Below the pieces are notes generated by a model. It was not told the origin of the DNA, made no database searches, and saw only the letters and a program-made list of their open reading frames with translations. The position numbers were made by a program, and so were the translations under genes. Shown piece after piece: positions 10,345-21,085 of a stretch of 64,000 nt of DNA (positions within the stretch are counted from its first letter, which is position 1; the number at the start of each line of letters is the position of its first letter). Location of the stretch: positions 1,792,001 to 1,856,000 of the forward strand of contig CBDFJF010000002.1 in assembly GCA_965248265.1 (NCBI GenBank), given 5' to 3'. This stretch comes from Candidatus Latescibacterota bacterium. GTDB lineage: Bacteria > Latescibacterota > UBA2968 > UBA8231.

Positions 10345-10758
10345 TCGCGGCCTCAGCGGTCTGCGCCTTCTTCCGGTACGATACCGGCGCGGGAGACCTC
10401 TTCAACTCCTACGACCACAACCCTGGTGGCAATCCGCACGAAACGGCCGACTATTGTGTTGTCTATTCGGACTGGTACCCGTACTATCCCTCCAAGGAAA
10501 AGGCGAAGAAGATCAAGATCATACCAGGGCGTCGTTGGAAGAGCTGGTACCAGGGCACCCAGGACTATCGGTGCGTGTTCATCTGTCGTGAGCTCATCGC
10601 GGAGCTCAGAGAGGCAGGTAAAGACGTAGCCACGTTCGAGACGGTCCTTCAACAGGGCCATCGCGAGCGCGGTTGACCGTTCCGGGGCCGCAATGGATGC
10701 CTCGCGCGAGAAGCTCGTCCGCGCGGCCGTCCAGATGCAGGAACTGCTGGACGAGTAA
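10345..10758 (+). pseudogene. C-terminal ~135 codons of a paralog of 12590-15913
   Basis: IIPGRRWKSWYQGTQDYR..ICRELI and SGAAMDASREKLVRAAVQMQ align to the end of the 12590 protein; +1 frameshift near 10655. Confidence 0.85.
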
Positions 10759-10882
10759 GGCAAGATGACGGAAAGGCCTTTGCCCATCACCTCGAGGGCT
10801 TCCGTGCCTGGCTCGTGAAGATGTGCTGATTGGTGCCTGGATGAGATCCGTCCATGCACACATCCCGAAGAGGACAGACATC

Positions 10883-12418
10883 ATGATCTCACCTTACAGA
10901 AACCTGGGATATCCCTTTACACTCTCCTCCGACATCGTGTACTTTCATGACTGGCGCTACGTGCACCACGGCAGCGTGGGTTGGTCCGAGGACGGCGGCA
11001 GGACCCCCATGTCGACCACTGACCCGGTGCCGCCTATGCGGTTCGAGCCGCGCCTTCTGCCCGTCGGCATTCGCCTGTGCGCGCAGCCGGCACAGAAGAC
11101 CGCGCCTTTCCTCGAACCCCAAATGGATGACGAGATCATCCTGTTCGCCGGCACAGTCATACACGACGAGGGTCGCTATCGCTTCTGGTTCGACTGCTGG
11201 CCCACAGACCACACCCACCACGAGCGTTACAAGACGGGCATGTTCAACCATGTACGCTATGGCGAGTCGGACGATGGGGAGAACTGGACCTTCCCGAAGC
11301 TCAACTTGATCGAACGCCACGGCAGCGCGGACAACAACGTGGTGTACGGCCCGTCGCTCACCCCGGAGACGGGCTACTTCTACGGCTCCGTGTTCAAGGA
11401 TCCGTCCGCGCCTCCTGGGGAGCACTACAAGATGATCTACCAGGGCCATCCCTCCGAGGCGACGAAGGAACGCTACCTACGCGAGCGACCCGACGACGTG
11501 GACAGTATCAACCGGGGACGACCGGATTGGTCCGCCTTCTTCGGCGCGGTTTCACCCGACGGGTTGCGCTGGACTCCGCTGGAGGAGCCGCTGGTCGCCA
11601 AGTACAGCGACACCCACAACATGTGCGAGTACGATCCTGTGCTGGAGCGGTACGTGGCCTACTGCCGCAACTGGTTCTTCTCCCGCCGGAGCATCGGCCG
11701 CATTGTCTCGCACAACTTCCGCCGCTTCCCGCTCTCCGAGGAGGTACTCTGGCCCGATCCCACCATGGACCCCGATGAGCTGTGGTACGCCAACGGCAAG
11801 ACAAAGATGCCTGGCACGACCGACTATCACGTCATGTTCCCCATGCGCTGGAGCATCCGCCACGACAAATTCGACTTCCACCTGTTCACCAGCCCGGACA
11901 ACCTGAGCTGGCACCGCGTGCCCGGGGGACCTGTCTGCGAAGTGGGCGATCCGGGTGACTGGGACGGCGGCGTGGTCGCCCCGGGGATCGGGCTGGTGGA
12001 GCTGCCCGGAGGGCGTATGGGCGTGCCCTTGGTCGGATCGAAGGTGCCACACAAATACCCGCGCAAGGCCCCCTTAGGTGCCATCGGCTGGGCGTGGTGG
12101 CCGAAGGGTCGGCTCGTGGCGCTGAAGGCGGACGTTGAGGCATCGTTCGCGCTCCAGCCGCTCAAGATCTCACAGCGCCAGGCGATCCTCAACTGTCGGA
12201 CCGCGCCGGCCGGCTCGGTGCAGGTGGAAGTGCTCGGTCCGGCCGGCGAGGTGCTGCCGGGGCGCGCTTTTGCGGACTGCGACTGGATCGTCGGTGATCA
12301 CTTGGAGCGGGCGATCACCTGGAAGGGCGAGGCCGATCTAAGCCACAACGGCGACGGTCCCATCACTTTGTGCTTCAAGATGCGCTGCGCCGAGCTTTAC
12401 AGTGTGGCGTTCAGATGA
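10883..12418 (+). CDS. Beta-propeller glycoside-hydrolase-like protein
   Basis: YGESDDGENWTFPKLNL, SVFKDP, SPDGLRW, GDWDGG, AELYSVAF; same family as 8767. Confidence 0.78.
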   Translation: MISPYRNLGYPFTLSSDIVYFHDWRYVHHGSVGWSEDGGRTPMSTTDPVPPMRFEPRLLPVGIRLCAQPAQKTAPFLEPQMDDEIILFAGTVIHDEGRYRFWFDCWPTDHTHHERYKTGMFNHVRYGESDDGENWTFPKLNLIERHGSADNNVVYGPSLTPETGYFYGSVFKDPSAPPGEHYKMIYQGHPSEATKERYLRERPDDVDSINRGRPDWSAFFGAVSPDGLRWTPLEEPLVAKYSDTHNMCEYDPVLERYVAYCRNWFFSRRSIGRIVSHNFRRFPLSEEVLWPDPTMDPDELWYANGKTKMPGTTDYHVMFPMRWSIRHDKFDFHLFTSPDNLSWHRVPGGPVCEVGDPGDWDGGVVAPGIGLVELPGGRMGVPLVGSKVPHKYPRKAPLGAIGWAWWPKGRLVALKADVEASFALQPLKISQRQAILNCRTAPAGSVQVEVLGPAGEVLPGRAFADCDWIVGDHLERAITWKGEADLSHNGDGPITLCFKMRCAELYSVAFR

Positions 12419-12589
12419 CGCCGATGGCATCTCTTCAGACCCCACGTCTTTTCAGACCCGAGTCTTCTTATTGCCCGACGCACGAAACGCTGGCTCAGAC
12501 ACGTAAGAGCTCGGTACTCTCAAGAAACGAAGCGGCACCTGAGATTCCGTAACGTTCCACAATTCATGCGAGTGAGGGGAGGCCCTAAC

Positions 12590-15500
12590 ATGTACGTCTC
12601 AAGGCGATACGTGAATCCGTCGTGGGTCGCGATCCTGGCTGTTTTGTTGCTGCCGCTGTGCGCAAAAGCGGGCCTGCTGTTCCATTGGAGCTTCGACACG
12701 CTGGACGAAAACGGGCAGGCGCCGAACCTGGCGGCCGACGCAAACGCCCTTCCTGTGGCGAAGTGGTCGGCAGACGGCGGCCTCCGGGAGTCAGGCGCGC
12801 TGGTTTGTGGTGAAGGGCTCCGTTCAGCGAAAGCCCACTTCCCGAACCTGCGATGGACGAACGCGACGATCGAACTCACGTTCAAGCCGACGGCGCCGGT
12901 CGAGACGTACAGCGTTCTCTTTTCCTATGGCCGCAGCACTTGGGGGCAAGGCGTCTTCGACCTCTACCTCGACGGGAAGGGTCACGTCGGCGCGCTCTTC
13001 CTGCTCCAATCCGACGACGGCAAGACGACCCTCAAGCGAGTCGAGGTGCTCAGCAAGCAGCGCACCTTTGAAGTCGGGAAATGGTATAACCTGCGTGTCA
13101 CCATGGAGCGGGGCGGTATGATGAAGCTGTACCTCGACGGGCGACTCGACCAGGCAATCACCGGCGGAGTTGGTTTTGCAGACTTCCCGGAGGAAACGCC
13201 GCCGGCCTATCCCATGGTGCAACTTGGCTCGCGGGTGTGGCGCGGCGAGGCGGAGCTGCCCTTTGCCGGTTTGATTGACGAAGTTCGCATTTGGGATCGT
13301 GTCGTCAGCCCGTTCGAATCGCAGCCCAGTTCCGTCACCGGCGGTTCGGGCGAATCAATTGTCGTCTCGAAGTACGTGGACAGAACCCCAACCATTGATG
13401 GAAAACTCGACGACCCGTGTTGGGCGACCGCCGAGAAGACCCGTCGTTTCAAGGTTCTGTCAAGCATAAGCACCGAAGTAACCGGACTCGAACTGGGGGC
13501 GGAGGACAGGTTTGTCCAGAACGCGGCAACCGCTCAGATGTGTCATGACGACGATGCCTTGTACGTGGCCTATCGCGCGCCGGCGCCGGAGGACACGCCG
13601 GCCACGGCCAGGATTACAAGGCATGACGACGAGGTGTGCAGCGACGATTGCGTGGAGCTCTTTCTCGATCCAATGCAACAGATGGGCTACTCCCAGATTC
13701 TGGTCAATGCCATCGGCACTGTAGCGGATCTGGAAAGGCGTCCTGGAAATGGGGCCGTGGATGCCAACTGGGAATCGAACGCTCAAATTGGCGTTCAACG
13801 TGTCGGCGCGGGCTACGTCGTCGAGATGGCCATCCCGTTTGCTTCTTTGGGCAACTACCCGCGCACGGCCGGCACGGCGTGGGGAGTCAACTTCACCCGT
13901 GAGGGGGCCAGCGGCGGCGGCCTGAGCACATGGGCCCCTGAGGTCGGCAGAAGCTTCGGAACGCCTGAACGCTTTGGCATGCTGATCTTTGAGTCCCTGC
14001 TTGCCTATCACGAGGGAAGGCTCAAGGAGTTGCAGGATCGGCTCGCCGGACTTCCCGTCGACGCTTCCCCGGAACTCACTGCGTCGGCGCAGGACATGTT
14101 GGCTTCCTTGGACGCGCGCATCGCACGCGACGGGGCGAAGCGATCCGAATGGTCCGCCATACGCAACCTCTCGATCGAGGTTGACAGTATCCTGCGACAG
14201 CTCGCCATGAAGGGCCGAACCTACTTGCTCTGGCAAAAGGACATCTGGGGCCCAGTTTCCCCTGACGAACGAATTGCCTTGGATGTGCATGAATTGACCG
14301 ACGTCAACGTGTTCTCTGCGCAGAACACCCGTGCTGCCACGGGATTTCTGGTGAGTAACCTCAGCGCCAAACCACTGATGGGGCGCCTCACGCTGTTGAA
14401 GGCGAGCGAGGATGATCCACTTGCGGAAGGGGTCACGCTCCTTGAAGCTGACCGTATTCAGTTCCGGCGAGGGATGTACATTGAGTTGCCCGACGGCGTG
14501 ATGACCCCTGATGCGTTACCGGCGTTGCTGCCCTACCATCTCGTGGAGGTGCCTGCGAGGACGACGGTTCTGCTCTGGACCGAGATCGACACGCGTGACT
14601 TGTCCGCAGGCAGATACACTCGGAAGGTCGAGTTCTTCCCCTCCTATTCGGACTTTCCAAAGACGTCCTTCGATCTGAACCTCGAGGTCGCGCCCGTTGA
14701 CCTGTCTGCCCCGAGGGTCAAGCAGTTCACCTATTTCGTCCCGAACGCGCAGGTCTCTCGGGCCTTGTCGGAAGATCTGGTTCGGCATGGCATAACGATG
14801 GTTCACGCAATGCCGAGTCTACGCCTCCCGGGCCTTGGCTTCCATGGTTGGCCCAAACTGGACGCGGATGGAAACATCGTGTCTGTGGACCAGTTGCACT
14901 CGCTCCGCGATTCGCAGATTGCCAACATGGAAGCCGCAGGGCTTCCGAAGGAACGAATGGACATCCTTATTCATCTTGACTTCTCCCACTCATACAAACG
15001 GGATATTCCCTTATCTAATTTGTACGCTGACAAGGAGGGCCACCTTGTCTACGGGACTGAGGCATGGAAGAGAGGATTCGCCAATTCTCTTAAGTCCTTC
15101 CGCGACCACCTCTTTGAAAAGGGGTTCACCTACGATCAAATCGTCTTCTATATAAGTGACGAACCACATGGAGACCCCGCCGATCCCGAAAGCACGACCG
15201 CCTGGGCGATCAAGGGATCCCGCCATGTCAAGGAAGTGGATCCCAGGTTTCGCACCATGGCGAACCCGGGGCTTTCCGACGGGAAGGAGAAATACCTCGA
15301 TGCGTACTTGAAGGAATTTGACGTCCTCGAACCCTACCGGCCCGACTTGGGCGGCGATCCCGCACTCATTGAGCGACTGCAGGAGAGCGGCCTCGAAATC
15401 TGGACCTACATTATCTTGGTCAAGCAGAATCGCCCAAGTGCCTATCGGAACCAGTCATGGCTGTCGGCACGCGACGGGTTCACGGGTGTTTGTGCATTCT

Positions 15501-15913
15501 GGGCCTATGACAGAAGCGCTAGGGACCCCTTCTACTCGTACGATCACCATCCGGGCAGTCCACGTATGATCGCAGACTACGCCGTCGTCTATGCGAACTT
15601 TGTGTGGGAAGGACATGCAGCACGAGCCACCACGATCATCCCGAGCCGTCGCTGGGAGGCCTCGTATCAAGGCAACCAGGACTATCGCGCGGTCGTCATT
15701 TGCCGCGAACTCATCGGGAAGTTGAAGGCTGCGGGTCGAGACGCATCTATGTTTCAGGCGGTTGTGGAAGAGGCGATTGCAGCCGCCGTCAACCAGTCGG
15801 GTGCCGCCATGGACGCTTCTCGGGAGAGACTGATTCGCGCCGCCGTAGAGATGCAGAAATCTCTTGACGGGCGCCCAACCAACTCGGCACCTGCCACCGA
15901 GGATCGCCAATGA
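12590..15913 (+). CDS. Secreted multidomain protein: LamG + CBM9-like sugar-binding domain + putative glycoside hydrolase (GH123/DUF4091-like)
   Basis: Signal peptide; FAGLIDEVRIW (LamG); PTIDGKLDDPCW...DDCVELFLDP...YVVEMAIPF (CBM9-like); YISDEP. Confidence 0.75.
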   Translation: MYVSRRYVNPSWVAILAVLLLPLCAKAGLLFHWSFDTLDENGQAPNLAADANALPVAKWSADGGLRESGALVCGEGLRSAKAHFPNLRWTNATIELTFKPTAPVETYSVLFSYGRSTWGQGVFDLYLDGKGHVGALFLLQSDDGKTTLKRVEVLSKQRTFEVGKWYNLRVTMERGGMMKLYLDGRLDQAITGGVGFADFPEETPPAYPMVQLGSRVWRGEAELPFAGLIDEVRIWDRVVSPFESQPSSVTGGSGESIVVSKYVDRTPTIDGKLDDPCWATAEKTRRFKVLSSISTEVTGLELGAEDRFVQNAATAQMCHDDDALYVAYRAPAPEDTPATARITRHDDEVCSDDCVELFLDPMQQMGYSQILVNAIGTVADLERRPGNGAVDANWESNAQIGVQRVGAGYVVEMAIPFASLGNYPRTAGTAWGVNFTREGASGGGLSTWAPEVGRSFGTPERFGMLIFESLLAYHEGRLKELQDRLAGLPVDASPELTASAQDMLASLDARIARDGAKRSEWSAIRNLSIEVDSILRQLAMKGRTYLLWQKDIWGPVSPDERIALDVHELTDVNVFSAQNTRAATGFLVSNLSAKPLMGRLTLLKASEDDPLAEGVTLLEADRIQFRRGMYIELPDGVMTPDALPALLPYHLVEVPARTTVLLWTEIDTRDLSAGRYTRKVEFFPSYSDFPKTSFDLNLEVAPVDLSAPRVKQFTYFVPNAQVSRALSEDLVRHGITMVHAMPSLRLPGLGFHGWPKLDADGNIVSVDQLHSLRDSQIANMEAAGLPKERMDILIHLDFSHSYKRDIPLSNLYADKEGHLVYGTEAWKRGFANSLKSFRDHLFEKGFTYDQIVFYISDEPHGDPADPESTTAWAIKGSRHVKEVDPRFRTMANPGLSDGKEKYLDAYLKEFDVLEPYRPDLGGDPALIERLQESGLEIWTYIILVKQNRPSAYRNQSWLSARDGFTGVCAFWAYDRSARDPFYSYDHHPGSPRMIADYAVVYANFVWEGHAARATTIIPSRRWEASYQGNQDYRAVVICRELIGKLKAAGRDASMFQAVVEEAIAAAVNQSGAAMDASRERLIRAAVEMQKSLDGRPTNSAPATEDRQ

Positions 15914-15939
15914 GGGGAAACGCCGAAATCCCGCATCTT

Positions 15940-16172
15940 GACGTGGGGTCTGAAGAGATGCCATCGGCGTCATCTGAACGCCACACTGTAAAGCTCGGCG
16001 CAGCGCATCCTTGAAGCACAAAGTGATGGGACCGTCGCCGTTGTGGCTTAGATCTCATCCAGGCACCAATCAGCACATCTTCACGAGCCAGGCACAGAAG
16101 CCCTCGAGTGCCCTGGTACCAGCTCTTCCAGCGGCGGCCTGGAATGATTATGATCTCCTTCGCCTTCTCCTT
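15940..16172 (-). repeat. Inverted, internally deleted copy of 10494-12448
   Basis: Three colinear blocks match 12335-12448, 10791-10848 and (diverged) 10494-10558. Confidence 0.9.
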
Positions 16173-16174
16173 AC

Positions 16175-16262
16175 AGGCGTCGGCGACGCGCCAGTGACGC
16201 CGCGCTCCGAGCCCAGGCCCTCGAAGTAGCCCACCATCAGCATGCGAAAGTAGACCCCGAGG
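16175..16262 (-). mobile_element. IS1182/IS5-like (DUF772) transposase shard
   Basis: Translates GVYFRMLMVGYFEGLGSERGV then, after a frameshift, WRVAD. Confidence 0.7.
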
Positions 16263-16266
16263 CAAC

Positions 16267-17433
16267 GTGCACAACCCATACGCGCGGGTAGACTGGAAGA
16301 AAGTGAGCCGGGTCCCTTCGGCCTCCCACATGCATCTGGTCAATCAGAGGCAGCTCGACAACGCCTATCGGTATGGCATCCGGCACTTCCCCATATCGAA
16401 CTACTACCCATCGGCACCGTACAGGGCCGACACGAGGCTGAGCGACTTCAAGCTCCGGCAGTGGTGGCCGGCCACACGCGACGGCAAGCGGATCGATCCA
16501 CCGATCGACTGGAATGGGATCATCGACTGGCAGGATGAACTGGCGGACGAATACAGGTCCCAGCTTCCATTCCAGGAGACAGATCCCACCTATTCGGCGA
16601 TCCCCAGTGATGCGATACTGAGCAGCAACGCCGAACACCACGGATTCTGCAACTCACAGGCACACACCTGCAGCCCCGGATCGTCCTTCGCGTCCGGGAC
16701 CTTCGATGTACACAACAACATCAATCTGAACCGCCACGGTTTTCCGGTGGGTTTCGGCGGCATCTGGCAAGAGGCCTTCGAGGGGATGATCGACGGTCTT
16801 GATTACCCCGACGGCGGCGGCATCACGGTCAACCACCCGACGTGGTTCTCGAGGTTCACGGACGAGCAGGTACTGGAGATGCTCGACTTCGACGACCGCG
16901 TTCTGGGAATCGAGATCTACAACGATTACAGCTGGAAGCGAGACTGGTACCAGAAACCCAACTACAAAGCCCCGGACGAGCCAGAGCAAGGCTTCTCCAC
17001 GAACATGTGGGATCGCATTCTGCTGACGGGTCGCCGGAGCTGGGGATTCTGCGTGCCCGACCACAGCGCTGGCGACGGCAACTGGCGAGGCCGATGCGTG
17101 CTGCTCGTTCAGGAATACAGCGAACACGCGTGCCTCAAGGCATACCGGGACGGCAGCTTCTACGGTTGCCTCACCGGCGAGGGCGTGTCACTGACGGGGT
17201 TCGAGGCATCGGAGACAAGCGTCTCTGTGAGTCTGAGCGGGCTTGCAGAGATCCGGTTTGTGGCTGACGCCGCCGTCGTCAAGACTGTTACCGGAGACCG
17301 TGCGGCATTCGAAGTGCCGCAGAGGAACGGTTCGCCGGGAGTGGTCTACGTGCGCGTAGAAGCCCGGGACAAAACGGGCGAGCGGCTGTTCCTTCAGCCC
17401 GTGCGTTTCGGCGCCGGGAGGAGGAACTCCTGA
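16267..17433 (+). CDS. PHP-like metallohydrolase
   Basis: SHMH, NAEHH, NHP, GIEIYN, WDRIL..G...WGFCVPDH. Confidence 0.65.
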   Translation: MHNPYARVDWKKVSRVPSASHMHLVNQRQLDNAYRYGIRHFPISNYYPSAPYRADTRLSDFKLRQWWPATRDGKRIDPPIDWNGIIDWQDELADEYRSQLPFQETDPTYSAIPSDAILSSNAEHHGFCNSQAHTCSPGSSFASGTFDVHNNINLNRHGFPVGFGGIWQEAFEGMIDGLDYPDGGGITVNHPTWFSRFTDEQVLEMLDFDDRVLGIEIYNDYSWKRDWYQKPNYKAPDEPEQGFSTNMWDRILLTGRRSWGFCVPDHSAGDGNWRGRCVLLVQEYSEHACLKAYRDGSFYGCLTGEGVSLTGFEASETSVSVSLSGLAEIRFVADAAVVKTVTGDRAAFEVPQRNGSPGVVYVRVEARDKTGERLFLQPVRFGAGRRNS

Positions 17434-17478
17434 GGGCGACCATCGCCGCTTCCTCGAGGAATGCACGCGGGCCGAGAG

Positions 17479-17523
17479 GCGCGGCAGAGCCAGAAGCTCA
17501 TCATCGGCCCGTGGATTCACGGG
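17479..17523 (+). pseudogene. CocE/NonD hydrolase shard
   Basis: ARQSQKLIIGPWIHG, the catalytic-His motif of this family; very short. Confidence 0.55.
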
Positions 17524-17542
17524 TCGCCGGTAGCGGCGCCGC

Positions 17543-19528
17543 TCAAACTTGTGTGAGAAAGCTGCCGGTGTGGCCGGTGAAGTAGTCGGCCACCAGGAAG
17601 ATGCCGGCGGCGATGATTTCGCCCAGGATCAAGCCCAGAAAGAACGGCCGCAGACTGCGGAACAGTTGGGGACCGCCGTAACGCAGGATCCCCAGTTTGA
17701 GGAACCAGGCCAACAGGGCGGAGCAGAAGATGTGCCCGGTTTTCCAGTTGGCGCTGATCACGTAGCCCAGCGGGTTCAGCGGCCACCACAGGAAATTGTG
17801 CCGCGCCCACATCAGGAACCCCATCACGCTTCCACCGATGCTCATGAACTGCCATGCATCCCAGCGCGGCCCGGTCAACTCCGCGGCGATACGAGGCGCC
17901 ATGTCGCGGGGGGCGTACTGGGGCGCCTGATTGACGAAGAACAGCGGGTTGAGGTTGATGCCGCCGTATTCGTAGGCCATCACGATCGTTACATACGACG
18001 AGCCCGCCAGGCTGACCAGCACCGCGATGACCACGGCCCAGAACAGGCGGCGCTTCGACCCGGTCATGATCTCGCTCATCTTCAGGCCATTGGCGACGGA
18101 CGACATCACGAACGAGCGGATCTCGGCGTGCCAGCCGTAAGAGAACCCCAGGGCCACCAGACCGTTGGCACCCAGGGCCGAGGTGCCGAGCGCCGAGATC
18201 ACGAAACTCGAGGTCATGATAGGCGGCCGCATCGCCGGGATGCCCCCCTGGGCGACCACCCGCGTCAGCCCCATGAACAGCACCATCGCCCCGAACACCA
18301 TCAGCAGGGCCGCCGGAAACGGGATCCCGATCGCCGACAGCCAGAACGCGACCAGCAGCAGCCCGGCAATCAGGCCAAACACCGCCAGCCGGTAGGAGAT
18401 CATCTCGCCGCTGTCGTCGACTGCGGGATCGCCGCGGAACGCCTTTCGCCAGACGTCCTTGAGGTGCCCGCGGGCCATCCACAACCCGACGAGGACAAAG
18501 ACGATCATCGCTCCCATGCCCTGGTGGGCGAGGTAGGGGTCGATCGAGTAGTTGTCGATGCGCTGCGTGCTCTGCACTCCGACGATGTTGAAAATGCCGC
18601 GCTGCAACTGGGTGATGGCGTAGAAGATCCAAATCGAGGCCGAGATATCGAGGTTGACGAAGTAGAAGAATCCGGTCCACGGCGGGCTGAACCAGAAGCT
18701 CAGACCCTGATTGCCCGGCAGGGGCAGTGCGAAGGACCGGTTGAGATAGGGGAAGCTCGGGTAGTATGAATGTATCCCGTTGACAGCCAGCAGGATGAAT
18801 GAGATGGCGAATCCCAGCCACATCGCCTTGTTGGTGAAAAACGACCTGCCGATGATCCCGCCCTCTTCCTTCTGGATCATCTCCATCGGTACTTGGACGA
18901 GGGGGTAAACGAGTTTTTCGTGATCGACCCACTGCTTGCGCAGGATGACCATGCTGCAGATCATGGCGAAGGCCAGCGCCAGGAAGAAGCCGTACCACAG
19001 ACTCAGGGGACCCACCCACGCTTCCCACGGAATCGTGCCACCCTCAGGCAGCCCTTCGAAGAAATAGCGCGCTACGTTCTCGCCCCGCGGGATCATCCAC
19101 TGCGGGATGTACTGGTTGTAGAGGAAGTCCCAGTTGTTCTCGGGGGTGGCGTAGTACGTCGATCCGAGCAGGCAGGGGATCATGAACTGGGTGAAGCCCA
19201 TTCCGGGGATGCAGCAGGCCACGACCAGCATGATGTAGATGGTGATCAGCTCCGACCGTGTGAGCGCCAGGGTGCGGTGGATGAGTCCGACCACGCCGGC
19301 TGCGATCACTACGAAGAAGAAGAAGAAGAGGGCTGCCGGGGTGCTGAAGTTGAGGGTCAGATAGGAGCCGCGGATGATGTTCGTCGCGTACGCGTCTAAC
19401 ACATTGAGCAGGCAGGAGAGCACCCCGCCGATCAGGATGCCCCTCACCGGAATACCCTCGAGGTCGCTCGGGGACGGCTGACCCTGCGACATCGAAGTTG
19501 TATGGGTGGGGGGGATCTGTTTCGTCAC
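17543..19528 (-). CDS. DUF6785/DUF6784-type polytopic membrane transporter (OPT-like)
   Basis: Many TM segments; ELITIYIM, YYATPENNW, ILRKQWVDHEKLVYPL, WWPLNPLGY, LRYGG....RPFFLGLILG. Confidence 0.85.
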   Translation of the reverse strand: MTKQIPPTHTTSMSQGQPSPSDLEGIPVRGILIGGVLSCLLNVLDAYATNIIRGSYLTLNFSTPAALFFFFFVVIAAGVVGLIHRTLALTRSELITIYIMLVVACCIPGMGFTQFMIPCLLGSTYYATPENNWDFLYNQYIPQWMIPRGENVARYFFEGLPEGGTIPWEAWVGPLSLWYGFFLALAFAMICSMVILRKQWVDHEKLVYPLVQVPMEMIQKEEGGIIGRSFFTNKAMWLGFAISFILLAVNGIHSYYPSFPYLNRSFALPLPGNQGLSFWFSPPWTGFFYFVNLDISASIWIFYAITQLQRGIFNIVGVQSTQRIDNYSIDPYLAHQGMGAMIVFVLVGLWMARGHLKDVWRKAFRGDPAVDDSGEMISYRLAVFGLIAGLLLVAFWLSAIGIPFPAALLMVFGAMVLFMGLTRVVAQGGIPAMRPPIMTSSFVISALGTSALGANGLVALGFSYGWHAEIRSFVMSSVANGLKMSEIMTGSKRRLFWAVVIAVLVSLAGSSYVTIVMAYEYGGINLNPLFFVNQAPQYAPRDMAPRIAAELTGPRWDAWQFMSIGGSVMGFLMWARHNFLWWPLNPLGYVISANWKTGHIFCSALLAWFLKLGILRYGGPQLFRSLRPFFLGLILGEIIAAGIFLVADYFTGHTGSFLTQV

Positions 19529-19534
19529 CGACGG

Positions 19535-20723
19535 CTACTTTCGCATCCGGACCAGTCGTGCCCCGAGGGCGCTGAGCTGCTCAAGCTCGGCGGCTACCAG
19601 ACGGTTGCGGGCATCCACCCGGTCGTATTGCTCGAAGGCCCGCTGGGCGGCATATTCGGCTTCCTCGAGTTGTCGTTGCAGTGCCTGACGCTCGTGCGAG
19701 TCCTGTTGCGAGCGGGCCTCGATCGCTTCCACGCTGGCGGCCATGCCCAGCGGCGTGATCACCTTCAACAGTTCCTCCGAAAACCGCCGATCCACCGTGC
19801 TCCCACCGAAGGCAAGGCAGTAGCTACCGCCGCTGTCGTAGTCGCCTTTGCAGGCGTAGCGCGCCGCCGTCCCGGCACGCCCCAGTAGCGCATGTGCAAC
19901 TTTCGTCCGCAGTGCCCACAGCGGAGCAGACGGGTGAGCAGGCCTTGCCCCGAGCGCACCGCGGCCACGGAAGCGTCCGGGTCGATCTTCAGGTTGTTAC
20001 CGCGCATGTGCCGCAGATTCTCCTCAAACTCCGACCAACTGATGTAACCCTCATGGTGCTCGGGGATGAAAACCTTGCACTCTTCTGCCGGGCGCACAGC
20101 GCCGCATCGGCGCACGAGGTTGCCGTCCTCCAGCTTGACCTCGGAAGGACGCTGGCCCCACACATAGGCGCCGGCGTAAAACGGGTTATGCAGGACGTTG
20201 GACACAAACGAGTGGGACGGCAACTGCCAGACGATCTGCATCCCTTCCCGCCGGCTCTTGTTCACCGGCAATTCGACGCCGTGGCTGTGAAACCACAGAA
20301 ACGTCTGCCGTACGCTGCGCGCCTCTCGAAAGATACGGAAGATCAAGCCGATGGCTTCCCGGACGCGCGTGTCCGGGTCTTTGACCGCCCGGCCCTGACC
20401 GTCGCGAACGTACCCGGGCGGTAGCAGTCGAAGCAGCTCCCCGCGAGCGATACCTCGCGACTCAACACCAGGCCTACCTCTCCCAGGGCGATCGAAGCGA
20501 TCAAGCTCTGGAAGCCTTCGCGTTGCCTGGCCCCGATAGACGCACTCGACCCCAGGTCCGTGTCGATGACCTCCACGCGCTCGAATCCCAACGCACGGGC
20601 TCTGTCGACCAGCGCATACTGCAGACGCTGACTCTCCGTGTTCGTCCTGACCTGCTGGTCGGAGGACTGCCGAAGGTAGACGATCGCCTTACGGCTCAGA
20701 TGCAGGTCGGTGATTTTGTTACT
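19535..20723 (-). pseudogene. Large serine recombinase relic (internal deletion, frameshift, truncated)
   Basis: AIVYLRQSS...IDTDLG.S, NPFYAGAYVWG, HEGYISW, LLRCGHCGRKL, VDARNRLVAAELE. Confidence 0.85.
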
Positions 20724-20792
20724 GCGAACCTTCGAGCTGTCCCACGGCCGTAGGCACCATGGGCTCCTGGGGGCGCTGCGCTCGACTTTACC

Positions 20793-20821
20793 TTGAATCT
20801 CCGGATATATTTGCATATAAT
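20793..20821 (+). promoter_or_regulatory. Sigma70 promoter
   Basis: TTGAAT-17 nt-TATAAT in an AT-rich tract upstream of 21086. Confidence 0.75.
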
Positions 20822-21085
20822 GAAGGTTATAATTTCCATAACTGTATGATTCAATAGAGAGAGACGAACGCAGGTCATTCATCCACAAAGACCGTAAGTT
20901 ATTTATTTACAGCGACTAATAAAGCAGTGGTTAGAGCCAGTTTTGCGCAAAATCACCAGCTCCCGTTTTCTCTCGCTCGCTGAGGGCTGAAAGGAGGTGT
21001 TCAAGGGAAGGGCCTCGCATTTCAGAATCAACGCAGTAAGAGAAGTCATTTCTACAGATGACATCAGATGAAAGGAGAACCAACC

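Noticed and set aside
10134-10676. Track ORFs crossing junctions (also 15789-16343, 20343-20888, 53323-53922, 56465-56977, 59182-59643)
   Set aside because: Read-through across shard boundaries, not genuine genes
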